From Harriotta raleighana (lineage: Eukaryota), in contig JBNZDD010013729.1 in assembly GCA_050575255.1 (NCBI GenBank), positions 229,260 to 286,999 on the forward strand: a stretch of 57,740 bases of DNA. Direction: 5' to 3'. The notes beneath the pieces are model-generated. The model was not told the DNA's origin. It did no database searches and worked only from the letters and a program-made list of their open reading frames with translations. Numbering within the stretch: position 1 is the stretch's first letter; each line of letters begins with the position of its first letter. The translations under genes were made by a program, and so were the position numbers. Shown in pieces: positions 13,341-26,300 of the stretch.

Positions 13341-13691
13341 ATAATAAATAATAATAATCCTTGCATTTGATATAGCACTTTTCACATCTTATCAACGTCC
13401 AAAAGTGCTTCACAGAATATACTGTAAAGTGAATTGACTGTATATTTGTGGGCAGAGCGCGGCAGCCAATTGCACACAGCAGCGTCGTCGTCCCCCCCCC
13501 CACAAACAGTCGTGGATTGAAATGACCAATTTTATTATTGTAGTTTTTTTTGGAGGGATTATTATTAGGCGTGTGGAGTAAGGAAATTTGCCCAAGGTTT
13601 CGCCCTGATCTGCCTGGATTCGAACACAGGTCTCATGCTTGTAAGGCATGTAAGGCAAGTGCTGTAACCACTAAGTCACAGGAGCTCCACG
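13341..13691 (-). mobile_element. SINE2-1_CM-like SINE, full length, with 7-bp TSD
   Basis: Complete head-to-tail copy; ATTGATA at 13334-13340 and 13692-13698; interrupts an L2 tail. Confidence 0.93.
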
Positions 13692-14009
13692 ATTGATAGA
13701 GCGCCTTTCACACTGGGAGGATGTCCCAAGGCGCTGAGAATAGTGGGCATAGGGCAAATCCCCAACATGAATTAACCACTTCAGGAGAAGAGGTGGGGGA
13801 AGGAATTTACACTTTTAGAAAAAAACCTGCAAATCCCACGCATCCTGACCAGAGCCAAGTGGTGGGGGGGGGAGGGGGACAGTTATGGGGAAGTAGGAGG
13901 ACTAAGACAGAGACAAGAGTATTATAGAATACTTAAAGCGATGAAGAAGCCCATTCAAGCCTTAATGTCTGTGCTGATTGTATCTAATCTAATCTCATTC
14001 CCCATGTGG

Positions 14010-14245
14010 CAACATAACATAACAATTTGCACTTGTATAGTGCCTTTCATGTACGGAAAATACCGCAAAGTCCTTGACAAAGATAGAGGGGGAGCCCGAG
14101 CTGGGAGGGAGATGGAAGTGGGGGAGAGATGAGGTGGCTGAAAGTGCAGTGAAAAGAATAGATGTTTGGAGAGGTTTTGAAAGCTGAGAGGGAGGAAATT
14201 GAGATAGAGGAATTTGGGAAGAGAGTTCCATAGCATAAGGGTGGG
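14010..14245 (-). mobile_element. Degenerate L2 3' end
   Basis: AACATAACAATTTGCACTTGTATAGTGCCTTTCA tail, then GGGAAGAGAGTTCCATAGCATAAGGG (reverse P..LWNSLP). Confidence 0.65.
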
Positions 14246-14544
14246 TAGAGTTTGCTAGGTTCCTGTCATTCGTCCATTCTAAGTTGGGTAAAGACCAGCA
14301 TTTGCAGAGACCTAGGGAACATGTGTCCTGGTCTTTCATCTGGTGTATGGCATGATGAGTAAGAGATGTTGTTTTATATACAGGAGGATAAGATAGCATC
14401 AAGTTCATCTCAGGGAAGCTAACTCTAACCTCAGAGTCGTGGGGGGTGGGGGGAGCAGAGGGACACAAACACTGTTTTAAACTGTATTCCCTGTAAACTG
14501 TATTGAATTATTTATTGAATGAAACAGAGTCACATTTAAAGAGC

Positions 14545-14798
14545 AACAATAATAATCATAATCATAATCCTTACATTTGATATAGTCCTTATCGTGTCTT
14601 CGAGACGTCTCAAAGCGCTTCACAGAGTAAGTATACAGTAAAGTGAATTGACTGCAGATTTTTTTTTTGGGGGGGGTGGTGGTGGTGGGGGGGGGGGGGG
14701 GGGGGGGGGGACNGGGGGGCGCGAAACGCGGCAGCCAATTAGGAGTAACTGCAGTAGCAGTGTCCCACAAACAGTCGTGGATTGAGTGACCCAATTTT
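14545..14798 (-). mobile_element. SINE 3' portion (older subfamily) with expanded G tract
   Basis: Tail and core match the other copies; poly-G and an N at 14713 lie inside. Confidence 0.85.
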
Positions 14799-17700
14799 GA
14801 AAAAGTTAATCCGAATCCAGTTCCCATTGTCAACCAAGATGCTGGTTGCCATTGTACGTCTCAGGGTGAACCTGTGGCCTGACCTTGCCCAGCCTGCTGT
14901 GATTAAAGGCCCGGTGGGAGTGTTACTCTGGCTCCTGCATTACCTCGGCCTTCTGACTTGTTTAGCACTACAGCAGCCCGGCCCTGGCCCCTGGCTGTAG
15001 GAAATGGGCCTGATTTCCACGCATCATTTATCAGTCTGACTGCCTCCTGCCAAGGGCATCTTCATTTTAAAGATTCCTTCATACGAGAGTCAGGGAAGCC
15101 CCTTGCTTTCTCTTTCCCTGTGGGAATGGGCGGGGGGGGGGAAATTGTGGAAGTAAAGAGACACTTGGAGGAGGGGAGAAAGAAGGAATTAAATTTATTA
15201 CCACTCGCCCACCCTGTCGCATAGTTCTGTCTAAACTTGGATTTGGGGCATGGGTTCCTGCAGCTTTGCAATGCAAACTTCAGTCCAGAATAAGCAAAAC
15301 ATGTGGGATCAACATGTATCAATACTGCTCTCAAATTGATTGGTGAAATCACAAAGCTTACAAGCAATGTGTAAAGATGCATTTGGAAAAAGCATGTTTG
15401 GTCAGTATTTCACATTTCACAAAATTACCGGAATGATTTTCTCATTTCAGGATGCAGACTAATTCCTTAAACACTAAATACACTCCGTCCCTATTGAACT
15501 TTCCCCCCCACCCCAACTCTGTCTCTGATAAAAGACAATGTCCCCAACAAAATGCCAAAGGCATTCTTGTATATCAAATCTGCCAGGTGGAATAGAGAGG
15601 CGGAATGGAAAGGTACAGGCAGATAGGGCAATTATAAAGAATTACGAAATATACTGCATTTGGGCAAGAGAGAACTTTGGACGGAACGTTTTTTTTTATA
15701 TATAGTGGATAGTCATCAAGATTGGAGGCTCAGGTTGATTTTCCTCTCCTTAAGCCAGGGACGTTAGGACCAAATACAACCATTTATACAGCCTCAACCG
15801 CTGTCCTCCCTGAGATCAGTGAACTAAGTGCAGGTCAGAAATTAAACCAGAATAGTATAGTTAATACTGCTGCAATCCAGCCAAGCAGTAAATACTCAGC
15901 TATGAGTAAAATCAGTAAGGAGACATTGTCTTTTTTTTCCCCAGTCATAAGTAGCAACTAACTATTCCTCCTCAAAACATGAAAAACCAGCTCCTCCGAT
16001 TTGATAGATGCAACTAAGTTGAGTTTATTACAAATCAAACAACTCAAAGGTATTTTGAATGAAATGAGTTCATGTTCACAGCTTGATGCAAGAATGAAAA
16101 GGCTGATGGCCAATATTAGGGCTGTTCTCTTTGACACTCCTAACCTTTCAACTTCAAGCGCCAAGCCCCTGTTCCAGACAGAGGGAATGAATATATCCAT
16201 CAGTAAATCAATCGCTCTCTCACTCAACATTTCTGAGCTAAATGAACAACTGAAATCTCGAGAAATCAATTCCTGATGGGGGCATGAATTTTAAACATAA
16301 AACTGCTCTCAGATTTTCCGCTAATTGTCACTAAATTTGGCAATTGCGCTGCGAGGTAATAAGATTAGAGCGCGTGAGAAGATGAAATACTATGGGAAGT
16401 GAGGAGAGGGTCAGGGGTAAATGACAAAGGGGAAACTTTGCATTGCATCTGGTCGTTACTATTCCTGACCCAGGTGTCATCCGTGGATTTACAAGGTGCC
16501 TAGTGTTAAAATGTTGCCTTCCCTGCTCTATCTCACCTTAATGAACACGTGCAGTACAGCGAAGGGAGGCAAGTGGGCAATCACTCACTTTGGGGGCAGA
16601 TTGAGATAGGTAAACACAATCTTGAACAAGGGAACCGGGCAGAGAGGCTTTACTGCAGCTCTCAGTCTGAACAGTCATCCCACGCCTGTGGTCACAGGCG
16701 GGAACTTGAACTTTGACCCTTTGGGGAACCTCAACGGTGTCAGGTCAACTCATCCCCAAGAGACTGGATGAGATGGTCTGACCCTCTGGGGAACAACCAG
16801 TTTTCATTTGAGTGAAACGTTGAAACACTTTTGACGGCTCGCTATAAAGCACAAGTCTGTCCAAGAAATATGTGCTTCCATATGTGGGGAAGAGCACTTC
16901 TTCCAGCACTTCTCGCACTCCCAGATAGGAGGCAAGGAATGGTCCACTTGTTTGGATGATTGTTTACACACAGCTGGTCTCCAATTTCTCTCCTTTTCCA
17001 TCATACCTTTTGTCTTTCTCTGCTTCATTCATACACCTACGGTCGCTGCTTCTCTCGAATTTCCTTTCAAGTTCCAAACACTCCGTCCTATAGTCTCTTC
17101 CTTCTCCGAATACCCTCTCTGGCGACTCATCACATCGTCTCCTGCTTTCAACTCATGCTTTCCCAGAACTTTAAAAAATGGTATATATTTCCTCGCCTCT
17201 CTCTCCAATCCCCCTCCTCTTCGTATCTGTAGGCATTTAAAAAAAACTCAAGCTTGGTATCATTTAACCACTACTTGATTTATCTGAAGCTCAGCCCTTA
17301 CTTTCAAAGACCCCTGGCTTGATCTTTCACCCCCAGAAACGTTGTGACCTCCACTCGGAGCTTCATCTTCAGTCGCTACAGATACATCTGCAGTTTGTTT
17401 TTCTTGTGAGCATTACCAGGGCTGACCTATTAAGGATTGGAGATAAAAAAAGAGAGGAAACCTGTTCTCCGATGGGAAGGAAGGATCATAAACCATGTGA
17501 TAGCTCCAATCAATTGAAACTAACTAAACCTGCAGTTATCAAACCAGTTTCTGTGCAGTTCTGAGGTTCACCAAGCTGTAGATAGANAAAAAAAGAGAGG
17601 AAACCTGTTCTCCGATGGGAAGGAAGGATCATAAACCATGTGATAGCTCCAATCAATTGAAACTAACTAAACCTGCAGCTATCAAACCAGTTTCTGTGCA

Positions 17701-17804
17701 GTTCTGAGGTTCACCAAGCTGTAGATAGATCGAGAGGTGGAGGCAGCACAGTTAGAAGGTCTCACATTACGTAATTACCTTATTGTATCTGCTGTGTAAA
17801 ATGC

Positions 17805-18030
17805 AACAACAATAATAATCCTTGCAAATGCAAATATTATTATTTGATATAGCTCCTTATCACACCTTTCAGTCTCAAAGCGCTTCACAGAATATACCTT
17901 AAAGTGTTGACTAGATATTTTGTGGGTGAAATGCGACGGCCAATTGCATGCAGCAGAGTCCCCGCAAACAGTTGGGGATTGAGTGAACATGTTACTATTA
18001 TTTTGTATTTATTTATGGATGGAATTATTA
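17805..18030 (-). mobile_element. SINE 3' portion (older subfamily)
   Basis: AATAATCCTTGCA...CTCAAAGCGCTTCACAGAATATAC...GCCAATTGCATGCAGCAG. Confidence 0.85.
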
Positions 18031-18934
18031 CCCAACCCCCCCTTAAAATAAAAGCAGAAAAGAAGGAGGGATTTCAAGGCAATCATTGAATCTCTGAGTT
18101 TTAGAAAAACTCTAATCTTGCTGAGATTTCTGATGCCAACCTGATCTCACAGTCAGTTTTACTCTCCCTATTGTTACACCCAGCTATCCTGGATGTTATC
18201 TGCACGAATCCCTTTCCTCCCACTTCTGAGCAGCCCTGAGATGGTATTTCACTTGCACTCACCAGTAGTTTTCCTAATGAGATGGTGATAATAGATCCCT
18301 GATGGGCGTATAGCCAGGCACTCACAGTTTGGAGGGAGAATTTAACGTCTTGAGGACGAGTGTTTGCTTGCTGAGGAGCCTCTGACCACTGGGCTGAACA
18401 CACTGATCATTACTCCAGGTTCCACCCCTCTGGTCAGCTCTGGGCCCAAATGGCTGGAGAGATTCCCTCAATGACTGTGGTGCATGCTACAGTTCAAGAA
18501 CTAAAAACAAGCTGTTTGGAATTAGCAAAGGGTAAAGCCAAGCCTCCCCTCTCTGTGCATATATCTGAATTTTTTTTATTGCACCCAATGAATCACCAGT
18601 TTCACTGTAACAAGATGCCATTTGTCTCAAATCAGTCTGGACTACTGTTACTTGTTAACTTCCTTACCTCTGTGGGGCTGTTTAACTCTTTGCTTACCAC
18701 AGCGGCATGGCCACGAACAAAACAAAAGGGAAAGCCCCAATGGTCTGGGGTTTGGGGAAACCAAAAAAAATACATAATTCGCCCAATGAATAAACGGAAT
18801 TGCTAGCTACACTGGCTGTTTGTTACAATACATTCAAAGTCCGTTTGACGGAATACAGAACACAATTCCTGCACCTCTCCTTGGCTGCCTACCTTCCTCG
18901 TGGAAAGCACAGCCTTTGTTGGGAAGTAAACATA

Positions 18935-19030
18935 TTATGGAAGATTAAGAAAAGGTGGGAATAAAGGATGAAAAGATTTGCCAGATGGTGGAACAGATTT
19001 GACAAGGGTGAATGGCTTCTTCCTGTTATT
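18935..19030 (+). mobile_element. CR1 3' tail remnant
   Basis: GGAACAGATTTGACAAGGGTGAATGGCTTCTTCCTGTT resembles the CR1 terminus seen at 22140-22175. Confidence 0.55.
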
Positions 19031-19422
19031 ATAACAATACTTATATTTAATATTCTACCCTACCACAACAAAATATTTAAAAATCCTTCATCGTAAGCAC
19101 TGTGAAGTGAATTGATTGTTTATTTATAGGCCAATGTGGCAGCCAATTTCCTCAAAGAAATCCACAAACAGTATGAATGACACATTTAATTGTTAAAATG
19201 GAGACTTGGAAGAAATTCCCTTCTCATTTTCAAACAGTGGCATGAGATCTGCACGAATCCCTTTCAGCACAAAGGCTATCGTTTCAGGAGAATCTTTAAT
19301 ATCTCTAGCTGAACGGGCAGATGGGATTTGATTTAGAATCTCATCTATAGGACATCACTTCCAACAAAGTAACACATCCCCCAGCACCAGCTTGTCAGCT
19401 ATCCTAGACCATGAGCTCAAAG
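19031..19422 (-). mobile_element. Deu-domain SINE remnant (SacSINE1/AmnSINE1-type)
   Basis: GGCAGCCAATTT...CCACAAACAG...CCCTTCTCATTTTCAAACAGTGGCATGAGATCT...GGGCAGATGGG...TCTCATCT follows the recalled DeuSINE order; homologous to 21860-21985. Confidence 0.6.
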
Positions 19423-20269
19423 TTACCACAGAACAGCATCATATTATAATGGTTGTGGTTATGAAGTGGTTGCAGAGCACATACAATGCACATATAGCTG
19501 TCTTGCCATCCACTTCCCATGTTAAAAATGTTTGCTTGGCTTGCCAGAGATGTTTGCTTGGCTTTGCATATATGCAGCGCAAAGGATATAGTTTCACATA
19601 CCCTTACAGAGGACTTTCAATCTATTAATCCGGGAAGGACTCAAAGACAGGTCCTGGAAGTGAAAGGGTAGCGAGTTCAATGAATGCAGTGTCCATCCTG
19701 CCTTTCAATTCCATTTTATAACATGGGCATTGGATTCCTGTGTAAGACTGTTCACCTGTATCGAACAGAAATTTACTCGAAGAGTTGGGCAGCACAATCC
19801 CGGCGGGTGTTCACTGAGAGAATTAAACACCATCACTTTCCCTTTGCCAATAACAGTTGCCTTATATTGACTGAAAGAAGATCGGGTCTGGCTAATGGAA
19901 CATGTGCAAACTGTGGGTGAGTAACAACTGAGCATAAAAATCCAGTTTTTCTTGATTGCTCGACAAATATTGTGTATTTGTTTCACACAAGGGCTGCAAT
20001 AAGATTGTCAGATTCCTGCTGTTTTCACAGTTCCAATGCCTTTCCCCGGAGTTTGGGTTTGGATAAGGATTTGGGGTAAGGCCCGCATTCCATAACATCT
20101 GCAGATTAACTCTGAAATTGGACTGGAAATATATCAACTCCTGCTGGGATATGGGGAAAAGGGATGTGGCATGAGAAACATGGACACACTGCGGAATGTT
20201 ACGCTCTGGAAGCAAAGCATTATCACTTCCAGGAGTACAGTTACTAACCCTGATACAGTCTTCCTGCTC

Positions 20270-20506
20270 CGTAACACATTAGTTTTCAAATCCCTCCACT
20301 CCTCTGCATCCCCCACTACCTCTCTGACCTCCTCTCTCCTCACAACAGCACCCATTGCCTTAGCTCTACTGGGTCTGGCCTTTTCCTTATGCCCCGAATC
20401 CTCCTTTTTTCCCTTTCTCCTGGCTCGGCCCCGGGATCCGCTATTGGGAAGCGCTCTGAGGCGCCCTATGGCATGGAGGGCGCTATAAAAATCCAAGTTG
20501 TTGTTG
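20270..20506 (+). mobile_element. L2 3' fragment (subfamily shared with 42.2 kb)
   Basis: LVFKSLH remnant and tail GGCTCGGCC..GAAGCGCTCTGAG..GGAGGGCGCTATAAAAATCCAAG(TTG)n. Confidence 0.75.
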
Positions 20507-21529
20507 CTATTAGTTCAGATGGAGTTAGTTACTCCACACAAAAGCATCTAAATGGATACACAGAGCTAGATAACCAGAAGCCCAATGGGTTAAGGAGTCC
20601 AAAAGATGGTTCTTAATTCTCAAAGGAGGTCTTCCAAGCAATTCACAATCTCTGTACACTATGGTGATGAGATCTGTCTCCTCAAAATGGGCTCTAGCTA
20701 CGGTTGGTTTTATGGCTGGGCAACTCAACCCTGCACTTGCTAATATGAACTGGGTATCAAACAAGAAATGAAGGTTAGTTGGGCCAATGTTCTGTCCAGT
20801 GCTCTGGACCATCCCATACTGACCAGTAAATTAGGGTGGCCATATTTTTCAGGGACACAGAAAAAAAATTGAACTCACCACAACTCCTGATGCTGGCAGA
20901 ACAGAACTGGAGAAGAATATTGGATGAATGACCTTGTTTCTCTGATGAGTGTATCTGTTTTAGAATTTTACAGTTTTTTGCTCTGTTTGTTGATGATCTC
21001 AAGATGGGGCAAAGTTGTCCAGGATCACAACACCTCATCGGGGTCTCTCTCTGGAATTCAGTGCAATTCTACACTGAGGTCCTGGTTTAATTCCTGCTCT
21101 GTATTGAGTACTGATTTCACTAGAGATGCTGGATTTGGCTTTTGTGATTGTAGAGGCACATATGTGGATAACAGACAAAGGCAAGAGATGTCAAACATCT
21201 CCTGATATTCACTCTCTGGACTCATGACGGACAGTGAATCCCACAACCCACGACCCAACAACCATCATGGATGGGATGCAATATCTCCACAAGAACTGCA
21301 ATGGTTTAAACACGAGGCCCCTCTGCCTTCTCAAGACAGGTATGGACAGACATTAAAAGTGGCGGCTCTGCCAGCTTTGCCCACAGGCTGAGAAGAATAA
21401 AAAAAGAAGTCATTGCCTTTGGGAGTAAGAAAATGAGTGGGAGTGTCAATTCCAATCGGCTATAGCCCGGAGCTCCACAAAATGGCCTTTTCAGGAGGGG
21501 AGAGGACAGAGCAGTAAAATGCAAGGTTT

Positions 21530-21990
21530 TAATAATGCTTGTATTTGATACAGCACCTTATCATGTCAGTGGAATGCCTTAAAACAGTTCAGAAGATTTA
21601 CCATAAAGCGTCAATTTCTTTTGTAAGCAAACATAGAGGCCAATTTGTGCACAGCAATGTGCCACGAACAGTGATGAGGTGAATAATAATATTCCTTGCA
21701 TTCGATGGGAGGCCTTGTCATGTAATTGAGACGTCTCAAAACGTTTCACAGAATATATTGTAAAGTGGATTTGATTGCGTATTTTACACAATTCTTTCCG
21801 GCGATTTGTTGGCCTCGAGGCAAACCTAGACAAAGTCACTTCCAACTTTTTAAAATATCTTGCTTTTGAGATTGTCTCCCTGAATAAGCAGACGGGGCCT
21901 GGGTTTAACATTGCATCTAAAGGGTGGAACTCGAGCCATTGGACTGCTCCCCCAGCAATACACTGGAGTGTCAGCCCGGACTGTGATGAT
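21530..21990 (-). mobile_element. Deu-domain SINE remnant interrupted by a SINE tail (21682-21778)
   Basis: GCAGACGGGGCCTGGGTTTAACATTGCATCTAAA...CACTGGAGTGTCAGCCCGGA is a Deu core; its 3' part lies at 21530-21680. Confidence 0.7.
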
Positions 21991-22029
21991 GTAAAAGGTA
22001 AAGGTTTAGAGGAAGTTCTTTTAAAACTT

Positions 22030-22198
22030 TTAAACAACTTTTAAAAGAGAGGTAGACATTTATTTGGGGAGGACGGGATTGCGCGGTTATGGGGAGAGAG
22101 CTGGGGAGTGGGATTGAGTTGCTCTTTTCAAAGAGCCGGCACGGACTCGATGGGCCGAATGGCCTCCTTTTGTGCCGTGAGATCCTACGATTCTCTGA
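22030..22198 (+). mobile_element. CR1 (HER1-like) LINE 3' end
   Basis: GAGCCGGCACGGACTCGATGGGCCGAATGGCCTCCTT...GATTCT, a typical chondrichthyan CR1/HE1 terminus. Confidence 0.85.
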
Positions 22199-22342
22199 AG
22201 AGCGAGAGCTGGAAAGGCAATTGCAGTACACGAAAATCAGAATCCCCAAATTCACAATCCTGGAGGCTGAAAATTCCAGTTTACAATTTTCCATCTTCTG
22301 CCATCATCTGAGGCATTCATATTCTCTTTACAATAAGACAGC

Positions 22343-22344
<2 letters not shown>

Positions 22345-22374
<30 letters not shown>
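22345..22374. repeat. (TG)15 microsatellite
   Basis: Direct inspection. Confidence 0.95.
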
Positions 22375-22376
<2 letters not shown>

Positions 22377-23361
22377 AGGGAAGGGAACCATTATTCTGTT
22401 TAAAAATAAATCTGTTTTAAAACTAAACCATGAAAAATGAAACAGTGGCGNCTGTATAAAAATAAATCTGTTTTAAAACTAAACCATGAAAAATGAAACA
22501 GTGGCGACTTGGCATATTTATTGGCTTGCTCAGCATGCCACCTTGTGCCCACATGCTTCCACTTGGTTCTCCCTCAGAGCAACTTTTTCTTTCCCAATAC
22601 GTAAACCTTCACTGGTCTCCAAAGGCTTGCAGGTGCGTGTTTCTTTAATGAGAGGCTTTTTTTTGTTGTATTTTTTTTTGGGGGAAAAAAAAAGTGTTGG
22701 AATGGTAACAGTGGAACCGCTGTTTCAAGCTTTTGGGTCTGTTTTTCATTAAATGCTCCACAAATCAAATTCCTCTCTACCAGCACCCAAGGCAGCATCT
22801 CGACGATCGTGCAGCAATAATTATGTGCTGGGCGGGAATCCATTCTGAAGATTACAAGACACACTGTGCGACAAGAATGTAACTGAATAAGCTCTCAATC
22901 TTTTTGTAAGGTGGGGGAGGGACTTCCATTTAGGACGAAATGGGAAACTACAGGTTATTAAGGTTGCAATGGGGGAAAGCAGTGAGAAATGGAGAACCCC
23001 CCTAGGTGGAACACAGGGCAGGATAACTCAAAACAGACCAGGCAAGAGGCATAATGCCTGCCAAATCCCTGGGATAACATTTAAAGCCACACTCCTGGAA
23101 GGGTAAAATGCCATTTTCTTTTAACCATGCAGAACCAAGTGGTTGTTCTGTCACGTATCACTCGGCTCCTTGTCACAGTACTTTGCAGGACTAGGGGAGA
23201 CCCAGTGTGGCACATTTATGGTCCCACTGTTAAACAATTCAAATAACACAATTAAAAACTAACACAGCACTCGAAGGTAATCGCTGTGTTTGCTTACGTT
23301 CTTAATTTCTTCATCAAATACCTACCTATTTGTAGACACAGTTCCCCCCCACTCCCCCCCC

Positions 23362-23387
23362 CACACACACACACACACACACACACA
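23362..23387. repeat. (CA)n microsatellite next to C tracts
   Basis: Direct inspection. Confidence 0.95.
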
Positions 23388-26300
23388 GTTCCTCGTTGTG
23401 GATGAATCAATCGCCCCCCCCCCCCCCACCCCCGAACATACTGTACAACATTGTGACTTTAACACTTTGCTTTGAAGGTGAGTATGGGTTTGTTGTGCTG
23501 TGAGCCAGATTGTGTTGGAACAGTTTCTAATGAGGTTTTGCATAGCAAGGGTGGGTGGGGGTGGTAAATTTAGGAGTCTGCAGTGACTAGACACACACGA
23601 GCGATGAGGAGATTATATTAGATCCCACAGTTAGTGCAGCCAAAATAATCGATATTTCTGATTAGGAAAATAATGAGGCACAAGTTCAGACTTGTAATAA
23701 CATAACACTGTGGGGAGGGGGTAAAAGAGGTTTCAATCCAATCAAAACAGAACCCACCATTCAGGTTTAAAACCTTCACTTTTCCTCAAGACAAAAAAAA
23801 AATGTACTTGCTATAAAACAGAGCTGAATAATACATCCGGGAATGAAGAAAGTAATTGACAAGTAGCAAGATTAGGGAATCCTCATTATTTTCAGGAACT
23901 TTGTGGCTGTTCTGGGACAGGAACATGGATTAGGAGCGGTGGTGATTAGTGCTCGCTATTCAGGAAATTCCAGCACTCCGATGAGCTGTTAGCGTATAGC
24001 CTACTGATTCATATGTCATCTGCTTGCTATAAACTCTAAATTTGCTGTAAACCCATTATTTAAACACACTTCAAATAAGACATCGAACAAGTTAATTACC
24101 TGGGTAATTAGAAGCTAACCGCACTATTAGGAACACATTCCACTTGTGACTTTAAACTGCGCGCATCGCAGAAACCACCCCCACGCCCCCTCCACCCCCT
24201 CCCAAGAAAAAGAAGGCGGTTGACAAAAAGTATTTGAAATGTGGTCAAAGAACCATCCCTGTGTAATCAGCTGCTGACTCGGTCTGTGTAATAAGTTGCC
24301 TTTCAGCACGCTTAAACGATGGGATGGTTTAACAGATCGCCTTGTCCTTTTAACAAAAATAACCCTCAACCCAAACAAAGGTCTCGCTTTCTGTTTTCGG
24401 CCAGGCGGGTTTTTGTGCTGATAAGAATACTGCCGGCTATTCTCCAAGGATCAGAGCTGCTGGAAGACTGCAATGGACCTCATCCCCTGTTGCTTCTGAC
24501 GCGGGTGATTCCACCGACTCCTCGGCGCCAAACACAACACGTTACCCATGGAGAGAGAGCAGGACGCAGGGCCTGGTAGTCAGGAGTTATCGTCTATCAT
24601 ACTGATTGACGAAACCAAGAGCGAGTAGAAAAATAAACATGAACAGAGACTGCAGTGTGTAGGGCAGTCAGCTGGGAGTTGTAGTATTTGGCCCCGGTGA
24701 TCCCAGTCTCGAGGAGGGTTATCTTTTCCTTCTGCTATCATTTATCATAACTCTTGAGGCCAGGGAGAAAGCAAATCTTGAGACTATTGGACAGGTTCAT
24801 TAAACTCTCGGCTTCCCCTAACCCTTCTTCCTTTAAACAACACCCCATCACTTTTTGCCCCCCCACCTCCCCACCTCCCGCCCATCATGCTTCCACCCCA
24901 TCAGGTCCCAGTTCCCTGAAGCACATTGAAATCAAATACCATGGCAAGCCTCTCAGTCCTATTATAAGCACCAGTTCAAGCAATTAACCTTTGTTATTTT
25001 ATTGATCCAGAAATTCATGCATATTCATCCTAACGTAGATGGAATGAGTTAAATATTTAACCAACACATGAGCTGATCTACATTAAAGGCAACTCAGTTT
25101 TCTAATGGCTCTCTCTTTCTTCCGCCTTTCCCCATTAAACTGTTCCTTTCTTGACCGGTCAAAGTAATGTCTCTGAATCCTTTTAAAACTTCCACAGGCT
25201 GCATATTTTACTGATCCTTGCCTACACCGAAAACCACAAGATTTAGGAAAATGGCAAGGAAGGAAAGTTGACTGATGTTAACTCAGGTCTTCATCCAATA
25301 GCTTAGCCCAAACTACACAGACCAGAAAGTCACAGACTTAAATTCTGGTTTGTGCTGCCTTAGCGCACGGGACCCAATCTTTACATTGAGTCAAGAGTTG
25401 TTGATGGGATCAGAGAGTTTCAACTGAGATCGTTGGTATCATCTTCAGAGGTAGAGATGGGGGCAATATTTTTGCCTTCCCTCAACTCGCTGCCACTTCT
25501 CAATTAAAAATCCTGAACAATTAGGAAAGTTCCAGGAACATCAATCATACCCGTAGCCGACTGCTGAATACTGACAGATTTCCCTCTTAAAAAACAATGC
25601 AGTTCTGCAACAGCAGAGCAGCCTGTGGAGATGGGGCACAGGAGAAGGAAGGTGATTGACTTTCTCAGACAGAAAACGTGTTATATATTAGCCTTGTCAG
25701 CCATCATAAAGTATCCCCCTAAGTATTGGTAAGTGTGCGATCTCGCTATGTCCTTGCACAATCCCTCGCTCTCTCAGCAGCATTCCCATTCCAACCAGAC
25801 ACCATCCAGCTCTTACCAGCTGCTTAAAGCTGATACATGCACTTCTCTCTCTCAGCAGGCTATTCTTACATAACCATTTATATTTCCAGACTTTTTTTTT
25901 AAAAAAAAGAGCCTGAAGGATTTAATTATGTACACAGACACTCCTATAAACTCCATTCTGAGAGCTTTATTGACTTTGCACTGTGGCTGCAGATTCCTAC
26001 AATCAAACCAAATAAACTTTCCATTTAATGTCCAGCCCTCACTAGGATTTTTTTTGTTTGCTATGATAACATTATACAGCTCAGATAGATAATAGGTATC
26101 AGAAACAGCTGGGCCTTTGCTCCATGATTTAATCTATTCTGAAATCTATTGGCTCTTTCGGTCTCCAAAGTGGGTACAAATCCAGCCAGTTTCTTCTCGG
26201 ACTGTTAAGATGACAAGGGCAGTTGATGAGGGCAAACAGATACAGCCCGGACTCATTTTTAGACGTTCATATTGTTGTTGTAAAACGCAGTAAGATTCAA

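Noticed and set aside
13600-13691. tRNA genes (A/B boxes, Val-like CTTACAA loop) at SINE heads
   Set aside because: Each is fused to the SINE core and tail and lacks a proper acceptor stem; these are tRNA-derived SINE heads.
20832-20857. hAT-Blackjack-like terminus TAGGGTGGCCATATTTTTCAGGGACA
   Set aside because: No matching opposite terminus or TSD nearby; too short to call.
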